A model generated the notes under the pieces. It was not told where the DNA came from and ran no database searches. It saw nothing but the letters and a program-made list of their open reading frames with translations. A stretch of 64,000 nt of DNA from NCBI GenBank assembly GCA_030390025.1, contig CM059433.1:94116001-94180000 (forward strand). The letters are read 5' to 3'. The position numbers were made by a program, and so were the translations under genes. The stretch is from Squalus acanthias. Lineage: Eukaryota. Numbering within the stretch: position 1 is the stretch's first letter; every line of letters starts with the position of its first letter. This document shows positions 46,057 through 59,070 of this stretch, piece by piece.

Positions 46057-48736
46057 CAACTTAATGATTTTTAAAAAAAGTAGGTCACTTAATTGAGAGA
46101 CAACTTCGAGGGAAAACAGTTCGAGGCAAGTCTAAATTATAGAGAAATATGGATATTGTCATTGCTACCAGAACTAATTCGTTGTATTTTGCGCCACAAA
46201 CAATTCCGTGTTTACGTCGATCAGCCTTGGTAAGCGCACAAAGTAAAACAAAATACAAAGTCATCTACAAATATTGAATATTCCAGCTCACGTCAACTGA
46301 ATAGATAAAGAAACTGTAGAATCGCTGCCATCTCGTAAAAGGTTTTTTGTTGTTGCATATAACAGGTTGAAAAATACATTTCTAACATGTCTTTGAAAGG
46401 TTTTCTGTTTGATCTCTGGGCACCGTCTTGCAAACCAACAGAACCAGACTCATTCTGCATATTTCAGTCAGTTCAGGAAATCTGATGCAGTTCATCCGAG
46501 GAAATCAATGTAGTTTTCATTTTCCAGCACAGTTTTGTACGCCAGCAAAAAAAAAAGAAAGAAAGCCTACTGGAGTAGCACTGCTGTCAGCTACATTGCT
46601 GAATGTTTACTAACAATACTGGCAACTTTCTGAAAGCATTCAGGCAAGTGCATGCTAAGCTGGTGCAGATAGGATATTTTGTCAGTTGTTAAATACAGTT
46701 TATCTATGGCTTCGAAGGAGACATATTTCTTTAATGGAAACCTGATTTGAATATTTTCCCGCACCGACACATTCAACAGCATATCCAAACTTCTTAACAT
46801 ACACAAAAACATGAAGTGTTTTGAAAGTTCGTGTGTCTGTGTGCTTGTAAGCGCTGACTGTCTCCGGTCCCGACTGTCCGAACATGATACAATGGCGCGC
46901 CCTATCGGTTAGAATGGGTAACTACCGCTTCCAGCGGTTTTCGAAACCTTCAGGTTCCTTTACACCAAAAAAAACTGCCCGAAATGACTGCTTTTGTGAA
47001 ATTTTCCGCGACGACACCATTACAGATCTTCCAGCGAAAAACGCAAAACGAAACCGAATTGTTTGAAAAGTCGATGGTAAACGGAGGTTTATTTGCAGAG
47101 TCGGTAACAGAGCGAGTGTCGCTAAACGATTGGCTGATTGTTCTAATCAGAGTGACGGCTCTCTGATCAATCAATCACCTATTGATCAGTCCATCAAAAA
47201 GAGGGGACGCTTGTTTTACATGTGATGTACAACACGGGCAGAAATAACAGAACAAGGATTGCATTGCCACCTCAAATTGGCATGTTAGTTAATTTACGGT
47301 AAGTGTCAGTTGTAGATACACCATCCTGCAATGTTTATTATTAATCAAACAAAATGTTGCTTTATTGTGGTCAATACTTGTTAGTTCCGGTGGAGTAGAA
47401 ATGTGCACGTTAATGAATATTGTATTGCTTCCATTGACGTTGAATGGAATTAGTCGTACTTGATTGAACACACACATGATGCCTCCCATAAAATATAAAA
47501 CATAACACTACCCAGCACTGTAATACTTGTCATACGCTAGGGTCGAATTTGGAACATTACAGGACTAATTTTTATCTTTAGAAAAATGTCTCAATGGTGG
47601 TCCCTTTAAAAGTTAGCCGCGTGTATTTGTGTTTGTCATCATATAAAGCAGAACAATCTCAGCCGATCTTTTAATAGAAAGATTAGCGATTACTTCGCAC
47701 GGCCAGTCACGGAGTTGAACTTGGTTTCCAATTGTTCCAAAGCAGAGCACAATCTATGAAGTCGTCCCGCGTTTCAGAAATACACTGGATGGCAATGCCC
47801 AGCAGACACACTAGTGAGCTATTGACGTTTACACGTTGTAGCCGCTAGAAAACAATAACAAAGTAACGATATATCTGTGTGTATGTATATATAAAATGTA
47901 CATCGTTAGGAGACGTTAGTTGAATGGAGGAAATTATATATGTTTTAAGTTTGAAGAAAATTACTAGATAGGTCATCACTCTAACCGAATTCTTTCTCTT
48001 CACATAGTTTATACTTTTTTCTTCAGATGAGGAATACAAGCTTAAGTTTTGCGCCAAATGAGTGAGATTCCGATTCGAACATTAATTTATACTATGTTCA
48101 GCTTTTCTTATTGGGTAACTCATGTTTGACTATAAGCATTGAATTGACTCAGTATAGGTTGGTAAATGCGAAATAGTAATACATATCCAGACTGCTGCTG
48201 CAACCTAGGGTGTCGACATGAACATTGATGTTCTCCGAGCTGTTGAGGTAAACCAGGTTGGAGCCCATCAACACCAGAGAAAGGGGTTAACACTGTGAAT
48301 TAGCCTTCGATCTCATACTTCAAAATAGAATGTAAACTTTGAAAACGTTTCCACCCTAGGGATGCTGTAATTTATCCTGTAAACCCTTGACTTCTACACG
48401 CTACAATATTTATGATTATTTATATGTGTGCGTTATTGTGAAATTCGATAATGAGGAAGTTTCTCTCTGCCGTCCTTAAAGGTATAAATGTTTCCCGCAG
48501 CGCCCTTCCGCGATAATTACAAAATGCAGTTACGAAACACGAGTGTGGCAAATTGTTGGGCGCGTAAATCGGTGGAACATCTGCCTGGGGGAATGAGTTA
48601 CTTTTTTTTTATAGGGGGAGCCTAATGTAGCGAATGATTTAAATTGTATACAGTTAAACGACAAGAAGAAATCTGAAGAGACTTTGTTCATTTATTTTAG
48701 AATGAGTAATCTGAAGTCAGATTTACAAACCGTCTT

Positions 48737-48842
48737 CATAGAATCATAGAATGGTTACAGCACGGAAGAAGGCCATTCGGCCCGTCGAGCCCGTGCCGAC
48801 TCTCAGCTAGTCCCACTCCCCCCGCCCTTTCCCCGTAGCCCT
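48737..48842 (-). mobile_element. CR1-type 3' end fragment
   Basis: catagaatcatagaatggttacagcacggaagaaggccattcggcccgtcgagccc, same family as 46002-46056. Confidence 0.7.
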
Positions 48843-49183
48843 TACATAATTGCGAGCACATTAAAACAAAACAGAGCCCACAGCAGATTGTGTAAATGAA
48901 GCAAGAGTTCACAACGAAAGCAATAGTCAGTCAGAATATGCAGCCAGTGTTAGTGTAATGTTACTGTAGAAAGTGTAAAAATTAAATCTTAATATACAGT
49001 TTTGCATTCGCTTGAACAGTATCATCTATAAACTGGCACTGAGCCAATCTGTCCCAACTATATACAAACAACTTTAGGATTTCACTGACTGCCTTAAGGT
49101 CAAGTGTAAAAGTCCCAAGAAAATTCACCCCTCCCTCAAAACACACGACACAAACTCTTAAAAAAAACACATCCTTATCGTTA

Positions 49184-49292
49184 TCCTACATTACAACAGT
49201 GACTACACTTCAAAAGTACTTCATTGGTTGCAAAGCGCTTTGGGACGTCCTGAGGTCGAAAAGTGCTAAATAAATACAAGTCTTTCATTCTT
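49184..49292 (+). mobile_element. DeuSINE/L2 3' tail fragment
   Basis: cctacattacaacagtgactacacttcaaaagtacttcattgg...aagcgctttgggacgtcctgagg matches 6760-6865. Confidence 0.75.
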
Positions 49293-49534
49293 TATAAGTT
49301 CTAAGAGCGTGGACCCAGTGACCTGTCCGCACCAATGTTCCGGAAGCCTGTCACATTCCTCTGTTGAATTTGTCTATTTTGGTCCCTGCATTGAATATCA
49401 AAGAAACCCCATGTCTGAAATGTCAGAATGTTTACAGCAAGTGCAGGCCGAGGGACAGTGAAACTCGTTTTGTAATGAGCTCGTGATTTTTTTGTTGTTG
49501 AGGCATTTTTGTTATATCTATTTGTTTAATAAGG

Positions 49535-49640
49535 ACATAAGAAATAGGAGCAGGAGTAGGCCACACGGCCCCTCGAGCCTGCTCGGCCATTCAATAAGAT
49601 CATGACTGAACTTTTACAAAAACTCCACCTTCCCGCCTTC
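49535..49640 (-). mobile_element. CR1 3' end fragment
   Basis: acataagaaataggagcaggagtaggcc...ccattcaataagatcatg is the reverse complement of a CR1 tail. Confidence 0.7.
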
Positions 49641-52209
49641 ATTACTCTCTACTCAGGTTGCCTGGAAATGCAAAATAAAAGAACGGAACCAGCACAAAAT
49701 CTTGACAAATACATTTAAATTAAAAATAAATTCCAAGTAGGCAGTTTCACACAGGTGCTTCTGCCAGCAGTGTGAAGCACGCACACCCACCGATTCCTGA
49801 ATTAAACAAGCCCTCTACTTTCAACGAGTTATTGCAGTCTTTAAAATTCTCAACCACCAATATTCCCGAGAAGGAATAAGTTTTGGATGGGAAAAAAAAC
49901 TTTGATCTGGGCGATTGCCAAGTTCAGACTCTATAGTCAATCAGATGACAGGAAATATGTCACTTTGACAGTGCAGGGCCAAATCCTGCATTGAACCAAC
50001 AAGGCACCCTCTAGGCAAATTGCTTTGGTTTTATTTAAGGCCTGTAATACACTATCGTGCAAGCAAGCTTTTCCCAGAATTTCTCTTCAACCATTCAAAG
50101 AACGTGTCACCCAATAATAGATGACAATATACTCAAATTTTAATATAACATTTGAGTATATAAATGCCAATAGCTTTGACACTTAGCACAATAGATTGTG
50201 CCTGCTGGAAAATACTAAATGCCAAGTGTACATTTTCGGGTAGTTTTTGACAGCCTGACAATAGTTACAGTGCAGACAGGTATAGAGCTCTCAGACCCAG
50301 CGAGGAGTGCAACTTCTTCGGGTTGAGCCATGCGCCGACTTTATCCGCAAATAATTAATCATTGCAATTTGATTTCGGCCATTAACTTCGTTATTACCGA
50401 CCTCAAATCCGAGCAGGTTATTTCATAATTTAATAACGGTTTTGATTTACAAAATTAGTCTAAATTCTACTGCTGGCCCAAATCTGTTGTTTACATCATT
50501 CGTAAAATAGATTAAACCAAAATGTTTATTAGAGAGCTGTAAGATCGATTTTTATTTATGCAGAAACATATAGTACCTTATTTATTCAATCTTATCAAAT
50601 TCCATAGTAAATATTTCAGGCAAAACAGATACTACAGTTCCTAGAATCTCCATTTAAGAAATAAAATTCACAAATTGCAGGTCAAAATTTTAATACTTTA
50701 CCATCAATAACTTAATTCAGGAATAGTGGAAACTAGTCCACCACGCCTTTGGACCTAGCACATACGGAACTGATAAATGTTCCCGTTTGTTCTACTGACT
50801 TTATAGGGAACAACTTCATGCTGTGATATTTCCCCCTGTTTGTGAAACAAAAGCAACATGTGAGGGTGTGGATACACGGACAGGAAGTGGGCCGTGTACA
50901 TACAAAGACCGTGACAATGCTGCGGCCCCGTTTCAACGTTTTAAACAAATATTTCAATCATGTAATCTTCTGTTTGAATCATTAGGAAGCAATATTTTGC
51001 AATGCAAAGTCCTATTTTATACGTTGGTGAGAAGCACACTGTTAAGTTAAAGCTTTAAGTGAACAGTCCCATCCCAATAAAAGTAAGGTTTCACGTGGCA
51101 CTCGATTGGTCTTGGGAGAAGTACAGTATTCGTTCTATACCTGTTATGTAAACACGGCAAACTATGTTAATTTCCATCATTTCTTTACAGGTTCCGCTGA
51201 AAGACATGAAACAAACTGGTCCTATGTAACGATATCCAGAGGCACTGTCCAGATTTAACCGATGTTCAGGTTACAGCAGGCACTGTGAGGCTGCGCCTGA
51301 CAGGAGCGTTGCACAGTGCAGGTATATTTCTTAAGATCAATACTTGCGACGAGGAAGCTAGTTACAATAATTACTGGCTATTACAGTAATTCACTTTTAA
51401 CTAGCTAGTTGTTTCACTGTGCGTATATTTGCAGTATATTTAAACATCTTTTAAAAACCGAAAAATTGACGGGAGGTTCGATCGAGCAACTGATTGAAAT
51501 ATAAACAATAATAGGTCAAGGGTTATTTTCAGTTAAAATGATGGCTCAGATATAGTGTATGTAATTTGTAAATATAAGATGTAACTTGTTGAAATAAGGA
51601 CACTCTCCAAAATGTAGGTCATAAAATAAAATATTCTCCTCTACCTTAGGCTTTTCTCTCCTTTTCATAGCTTCTCAGCAATGCTGTGTAACAATGACTA
51701 TAACTTGACAAATACCGTGTCCATTCAGTTTCATTGTTAGATCTTGGTTCTCGCTTTCGAATTGGAATATGTCAAATCCAAACTAATTAAACAGTTGTAA
51801 TTTCGGCTCCCCCAGTGGCAGCTTAATTTATTAATAGAGGAGAGACCCCCATCTCTCTCTCAATTAGGTACACACCTTGGCCCCGAAGTTCATGTGGTAG
51901 GGAACGCTGCTCTCCATCTCTCTGCAGATTCAAGTCATTGAAATGGGTCTCTTCATTCTTCGCTTGGACCACGCTCACGAAATATCTGAAGAAGAAGCGA
52001 ATTGCCTTTTTAGAGAATAACGTGGGCTTCCACTGGGAGTTTAATTTCATAGACTGGTGCCTACCATTCCGCATTTACCAGAGAAGGACGTCGCAATATT
52101 TGATTCATCCCACTCACATCTTGATGGGAGAACCAAAGCACAAATGAAGCAAGATCAAATATATTTTAAAAGGTGAGCCTCATATAGTATACAACAGAAT
52201 AGCACTATT

Positions 52210-52755
52210 GTAATTACTCACCTCCTGACTCCCCAAAGCCTCTCCACCAACTACAAGGCACAAGTCAGGAGTGTGATGGAATACTTTCTATTTGTCTGGA
52301 TAGGTGCAGCTGCAACAATACTCAAGAAGTTCGACACCATCCAGGATAAAGCAGTCCAATTGATCGGCATCACATCCACTAACCTAAACACCACTACCAG
52401 CATACCATACCCGCAGCTGCAGTGTGTATTATCTACAGGATGCACTGTAGCAGCTCACCAAGACTTCTTTGGTAGCACCTCCCAAACACACAACCTCCAC
52501 CACCTACAATACAAGGGCAGCAGATGCATTGTAAATACCATCACCTCTTAGTTTCTCTCCAAGTCACACGCCATTATGTCTTGGACATATATCAACGTTC
52601 CTTCATGGTTGCTGGGTCAAAATTGCGGCAGCTCCTTCACCACATGGACTACAACGAAACAAGAAGAAGGCCCACCACCATCATCGTCTCACGGTAACTA
52701 GGGATGGGCATTAATGCCAACCTTGCCAGTGGTGCCCACATCCTGAGAATAATAT
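52210..52755 (+). mobile_element. CR1-supergroup LINE 3' fragment
   Basis: YKAQVRSVMEY..W.GAA.T.LKK.DTIQDKA..LIG remnant (52252-52370) and tail actagggatgggcattaatgc...gcccacatcc. Confidence 0.75.
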
Positions 52756-54684
52756 TTAAAATACCAAACTTAACTGTAAGTTGATAACAATCAAACGTCT
52801 GAGGTAAAATTAAGTACATCAAGAGCGAAGTTGAAGGATCATACAAACTAAGACAAGAGGTATTATGGTGAGAGTGTGGACAAGAGAGCTGGGAAGAACC
52901 ATGGGAGGTCTAGGTTGCTTAGAACCCTTACAGTAGGTCAGAGAATTTACATTTGTAAAGTTGTTAGGCCTGATCTTCAGGGATCTAAAGGACCAGTCTA
53001 AAAAGAAGGGTCAAGTATTTGGAAAAAATAAGTGGATACCACACCTGTGGGAGAATGAAACTCAGAGGAAAATGGGCAACAGTAATATTTGGAGGGGAGG
53101 GCAGGGGAAGGGAGGCGAGGAGATGAGAGGGACAAGCAAGCAGTGCAATGCTTGTGGCAGATTCCCACTCCCCACAATATAATGAGAATGGGAGAGAAAA
53201 ATACAGAGTCCTCCAGAACTGCGGCATCACCAAGTCCAGCCCTAGAACAGACCCAAGGATTAACTGTGAACAGTGGGACCAGCACAGTCCACTATTTCTT
53301 CATGCACAATAAATCAAAAAAGGAGGCTATATGCAAATTTAGCCTGGGGTATATGAAAAGAATGCATCATTCTCCCTGATTGAGTCACCTTCTATAATTA
53401 CCCCTTTCACACAGAGCAAGGTGTGAAAACCAGCAGCCCCCAGATAACTGGAAAGAAACGGTAAACAGGTAAATTAAATATCCCATTATGGAATCTAATG
53501 GGACCTAAACAGGAAGAACAAAGACATAATGCAGTTGGTTGAGTATGATACAGATAACTGTAGTGGACTTGATCTCTTGTAGTGTCATGCCCAATATGAC
53601 TGGACTAAGGAACGAGTCCAGAAGATATTCAAGTGGGAGTCAATTTTGCTGCACCCTCTCAAACACTGAACTGTAATCTCAGGCCAACCATACAACTTTA
53701 CTGGTGTGATGTAGGCACAATGGAGAATTTTCAATTGTCTCTTTCACAGGCACTTGTTGGTTAATAATATGGCAATTGAAGCCCAAATAGCTCCTCATTC
53801 ATCAAACATAAAGTGAAACAAGCTCAGCATGCCCATAGAAAAAATATAGAATACAATTCTAAAATCAACTCATCTTCCTCAATCAATCCATGCAGAACAA
53901 CTGCAGCCTCAAACTCTGCCTAGAAACTCAATGCATGACTTGTGGTGTAGAAATCTGCTGATTTTGTAAAATAAAAGTCATAATTTTTAAGCAAATACTT
54001 GGTTCATAGGAAAGTGAGGGACTGAGTCAGCCTCCAGCAAATGAGAGAGCCATGACAACCCACAATCACACCAATTAAAGAAACATTGCAGGGTGAATAT
54101 CAAAGTTGTTCCACAGGGGGCAAGAGATATACAAACTTTGTGCAATATGTTTCATTTGACTTTCATGATAACACACAAAATGGGACAAGTCTCCACCACA
54201 ATGGAGACTCAAGACCATTCAAAAGAACTTGGAACAGGGGGTGAGAATACATGTTGAATCTTCATCTATAGAATATATGCCCATTTGCCAGCTGATCAAC
54301 CCAAAAATAGTACGGGCAATTGGGAATGCTAAACCAGCCTGACAAAAGATAGCATTGCAACAAGGTTAGTCTGTTCTGCACATACCAACAATTCAATATG
54401 ATATGTACATTTTTCTGATCCAATTCCAAAAAGGTGGGTCAGAGAGTATGAACTAGGAGCATTTCAAATAAATAGCGTAATATTAATTTTAAAACACTCA
54501 GGCAGTTATGAGAGAACATGCAAACATATGAAAAAGGTGGGAAAAGACCATTAAGCCCATCAGCTCACTCGTCCAGACACAGTGCAACCATACACACCAT
54601 TGACCAACCGAGCAATCACCTGGGAGGGGCAAAAAGGAAGAAACATTCCTGCAGCCAGTTCAGGAAAAACTCTGGGAAATTCCT

Positions 54685-55277
54685 GTACAATAGCAAAATA
54701 CTGCGGATGCTGGAAATCTGAAATAACAACAGAAAATGCTGGAAACACTCAGCAGGCCAGGCAGCATCCGTGGAGAGAGAAACAGAGTTAACGTTTCAGG
54801 TCTGGGACCCTTCATCAGAACTGGAAAAAGCTGGAGATGTAACAGATATTAAGCAGGTGCAGAGACAGGGTGGGAGGGGAGGAAGGAATTGAAGGAATAT
54901 ACTGTGCTGAGGTAAGAGGCAGGAAAGATAAAATGTTGCAAAAGGGGTGGCAAAATCATACAGCATGAAAAATGGGAGCAGGGGTTATAGTTTGAAATTG
55001 TTGAACTCAATGTTAACCCCTGCTCCCATTTTTCATGCTGTATGATTTTGCCACCCCCTTTGCAACATTTTATCTTTCCTGTCTCTTACCTCAGCACAGT
55101 ATATTCCTTCAATTCCTTCCTCCCCTCCCACTCTGTCTCTGCACCTGCTTAATATGTTACATCTCCAGCTTTTTCCAGTTCTGATGAAGGGTCCCAGACC
55201 TGAAACGTTAACTCTGTTTCTCTCTCCACGGATGCTGCCTGGCCTGCTGAGTGTTTCCAGCATTTTCTGTTGTTATT
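54685..55277. mobile_element. Penelope-like inverted terminal-repeat pair (~265-bp-arm palindrome)
   Basis: Arms 54720-54987 and 55014-55279 are near-perfect reverse complements; 14-bp TSD tctgggaa(a/t)ttcct at 54671-54684 and 55278-55291; hammerhead motifs on both arms. Confidence 0.88.
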
Positions 55278-55461
55278 TCTGGGAATTTCCTCCCTGGCTT
55301 CCTAAGGCAACCAATCAAGACTCCAGTAGCCCATAACTCCTCATAATCCCAACTGATTGGCAACTCACTCTCTACAACTGAAAAGTTCTAACGCCGTGTA
55401 GTGAATCCATAGTGAAAGAGAAATACCATCTAGTCATGTATCCTACTAAGAATGGACAGCA

Positions 55462-55632
55462 GGAGAGAGAAACAGAGTTAACGTTTCAGATCGATGAAGT
55501 TTCATCAGAAAGGTGAAAGGTCATCGACCTGAAACGTTCTCTCTCCACAGATGCTGCCTGACCTGCTGAGTATTTCCAGCATTTTCTGTTTTTATTTCAG
55601 ATTTCCAGCATCCACAGTATTTTGCTTTTCTG
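55462..55632. mobile_element. Short rearranged Penelope-like terminal repeat
   Basis: Partial inverted hammerhead segment followed by acagatgctgcctgacctgctgagtatttccagcattttctg...gcatccacagtattttgc. Confidence 0.7.
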
Positions 55633-58600
55633 CTAAGGAGGGGTTTTAGTTAGCATAGTATAAATGCCTCAGATATGCACCCCCCAAATACTAATGCCTG
55701 ATGAAGTCCAATAAAATGAGTAAAATGCTCAACCTGAGGAAAGTGGATATTTAGCCAAGCCATTTCCTCTGACTTGACCTTATAAACATTCACATTTTTA
55801 ATTGTCTGGAAGCAAGATTTTCTCAAAAGAGTCAGAACAGTGATGTAAACTTGGATAATCTGCTGGATTCTAGTGATGGGGTAGAAAGTATGCACACTGG
55901 AATAAAGGAATGCATGCCAGTTAAAGCATCCAGCAAGCACCTCAAACTCCAAAAAAAAACCTTGAACTATTTTGCTAGCCGTCAGTAAAACCATTTGGAT
56001 AAATCTGTGAGTATGTCACGACCCCACCGTGTACATGGAGCACTGAAATAGCAAAGATGGAAGTGGATTGTGTTTGTTGTGTTTTAAAAATTATATACAT
56101 TCAATTTCAAACAGTTTGATAGTAAAATCTTTACATATTTTTTAGCTAAAGATGTATTTTGATATTTTGCAAATATGAAACACAGAAAACGCAAGGTCAC
56201 CTTTGCTTATTTGTCAAGTTGGAGCAAGCAACTCAAATCTAGCTGCAATTGGGAATTTCTGAATCAAACATTATCATTCAAACTCTGGGTTTTCTTAAAT
56301 CGTTCAATTCTGTACAAAATTAGAATAATCAGAAAAACAAATAATTCAGATTTGATTGGTGAGTGACTGGGTAGCAGCGTGGGTTACAAAAAATTCCTTC
56401 CATCTGGAAATCCACGTTTGAATCTAGTTGGTCACGAAGTTGAAGGCACTTGAATTTTTGCAACCGATATGAGACCATTTTCACGTTTACATGTGAAGGT
56501 TAGCTACACATTTACGCTCACATGCAGCGAACCTGAGAGCCAAGCGGTGCGGACTCGGCAGTGTAACTCATTCTTTGCGGCTTGCACCGCTCGAAAGTGG
56601 CTACCAATGTCAAACAAGTACCCGCAGTAAAAACGGAGCAAAACCTGGGAATGTTTGATGTTGGTGCCAAAAATGAAACATATGTTTAATCTGATTAAAA
56701 TAATATAATTAACATTTTTAGCTAAGGGAAAATGTGTTTCAGTATGCGAATCTTCTCATTTAGAAATATTTCCCAGCATGTTTATTTATTGAGCATGTAA
56801 AATAGTATAACTCATAATTACGCTATAGTGCAGGAATATCAGAAATGATGCTTAATACAAGATTTAATCTTTGACATTGCCCGCGATGTGAAAATTTATG
56901 CATAAATTTAGTTAGAAACAATCTGAGGCAAGGTTAACCTTGTAGATTATTACAATGTCACTTTTGAAAAATGTGCCTTTGCCACTCACACAAGTTCTTC
57001 ACAACAACCCAAATGAGGAATTACATAGGATTACATAGGATCTTTTGTTACATTACATGGAGACTGGACAAAGCACTATTTCAAATATCATAACCCGAAT
57101 TTATTTTCATCTACAGACAAAATAGTAGCAAACAGCATTTAAATACGGCAAAACTACAGTTGTTTACGTATTCATCAAGTTAATTAGACGAGCAGATGTG
57201 GGTGCTTAATCTTCCCATCTCCCCATTAGTGGCAACCCATTCACAATTTAACATCATGGCCTGATTGCAAATTACAGATCGACTGTTACATCGGGTCCAA
57301 ATAGGATAATGTATACAAAGAACCTATCTTTTCAGTGTACACATTTGTTTTATTTCAAATTTCACGACACCATCAATTTCAGTGCAGTCTAATTGTACGC
57401 AGGATTAAAAAAAATTAAAAATAGCTTTCATCAGAAACTTGCTTGCCAATCTGTCATCACGAGAAGTTTTAACTGCAAAGGCGAGTGTCTGCTCAGTTCA
57501 GATGTCCACGCACACAGGGAGATCAGAACAGACTTTTATCCTCAATTTGTTGAAACTACCCTTCACCGTAAAAATAGGCGTCATCAAAGAAGAAGATTTT
57601 ATCGTGATGGTTATGTAAACAACAATGTGCAATATTTGCCACCTGTTATTGTTTTTAAAGTAAAGAAAATTCAAGTAGAAGGACTGTGTTTGCTTACAGG
57701 AATAATGGACTTGGGTCTCCAAATTTGGAAAGCAGGCCAGCTACCAACAAACAGAAACCACCACTAACCCCACTTTAGCTTTCTTTCTGTACACCTCTCC
57801 AAAGAAACGGAAGCACTATATATTAACTTAATAACATCATGAGGGTTTTCACTGTAGCATGTTAGCACAGTAAGGAGATCGCTCCCATTGCAGCTGATAG
57901 CAGTAAACTGTCTATTGTCAAGTATTATTATGGTTACTCTAATGTGTCATTGTCAGTTATTGTTGGTCGGGCTTCCTGCTATAAAAGTGGGTCTGTTTTT
58001 TCTCTCCAAAATTGAACGCGAATGAACAAAATTCAAGAAGCACTACTTCGATTTAACCGAGACAACAACTTTGAAAGTGCTCAATCAACTACAACTCGTT
58101 TTCTGCCCGATCCTACCAGCAGAATCCTGCTGAACCAAGCCATCATTATCAATCTTCCGTCCTTTTACATGAGCCTTTGGGTAGTTTTGCAGGAATTCTA
58201 CTGGCGATGTTCAAAATAGATGTGTTGTAGGTATGAAAAAATATTTTGGACTATGCAATAATGTTCTGACTAGTGAATTGAGGTTTCCCTCCGCACTTCT
58301 TATCAGAACCTCCGCTTTCTTCCATCTACCGTGGTTTTGAAATGACTAAGGCCGCTCAGCGAGTACTCCCAACTATAATATCGGTGTCAAGTGGGTTTTC
58401 TTTGCAGGGATACTGCAGTTATAGTGTAAATGGATTAAAAATCCGGCGTCAGGGCCTGACCTGATTTCCTAACCAAGTGAGTGAGACTCCGTAAAGGAGG
58501 GGCCTCCAAACATTTACATTTATGTCAGGTGGGATTAAAAAAATGACAGGGATCTAATGAGCCCCCAAACACTTTGTAAACCAGTTTTGATGTTGTGCTG

Positions 58601-58799
58601 AATTTACACTCTGCAGTCTCAAATCCAAGCAGCGTCAAACTCCACCCTCTTCGCTCCTGGGTTGGGTTGGGGTTGGGCCCTGACTTTGGATGTGCACTGT
58701 ACGCTTAGCATCAGCAATGAAGCAGAAACTGCTTTGCATTGCTGCTGAACTTGTAGGATAAATTACACCATGCAGTGACAATTCACTGTAGTACAGCAC

Positions 58800-59070
58800 C
58801 GAGAACTACATTGCTGGAGGTGCTGTCCTTTGGATAATTGTTGCAATAGTTCAGTCGGATGTTAAAGATCCCATGGTGGCTTTCAAAGAATACGGAGTTC
58901 TTTCTCCCAGTGCCCGATGTAAAGCATGTTCGTGGGGCCTGGTTGGGCACAAAATGGCTGATGCATTTTACCTATACAAAGTTTTGAACTTTAAACTGGT
59001 TTATTGCATATGCAGTGCTTTGAGATGCTTTGGAAGACGTGGTAAGCCACTCATGCAATTTTTCAAAATT
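58800..59070 (+). mobile_element. Highly decayed DeuSINE
   Basis: ggaggtgctgtcctttggat...ggatgttaaagatcccatgg...caaaatggctgatgcattt resembles 6535-6860. Confidence 0.5.
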
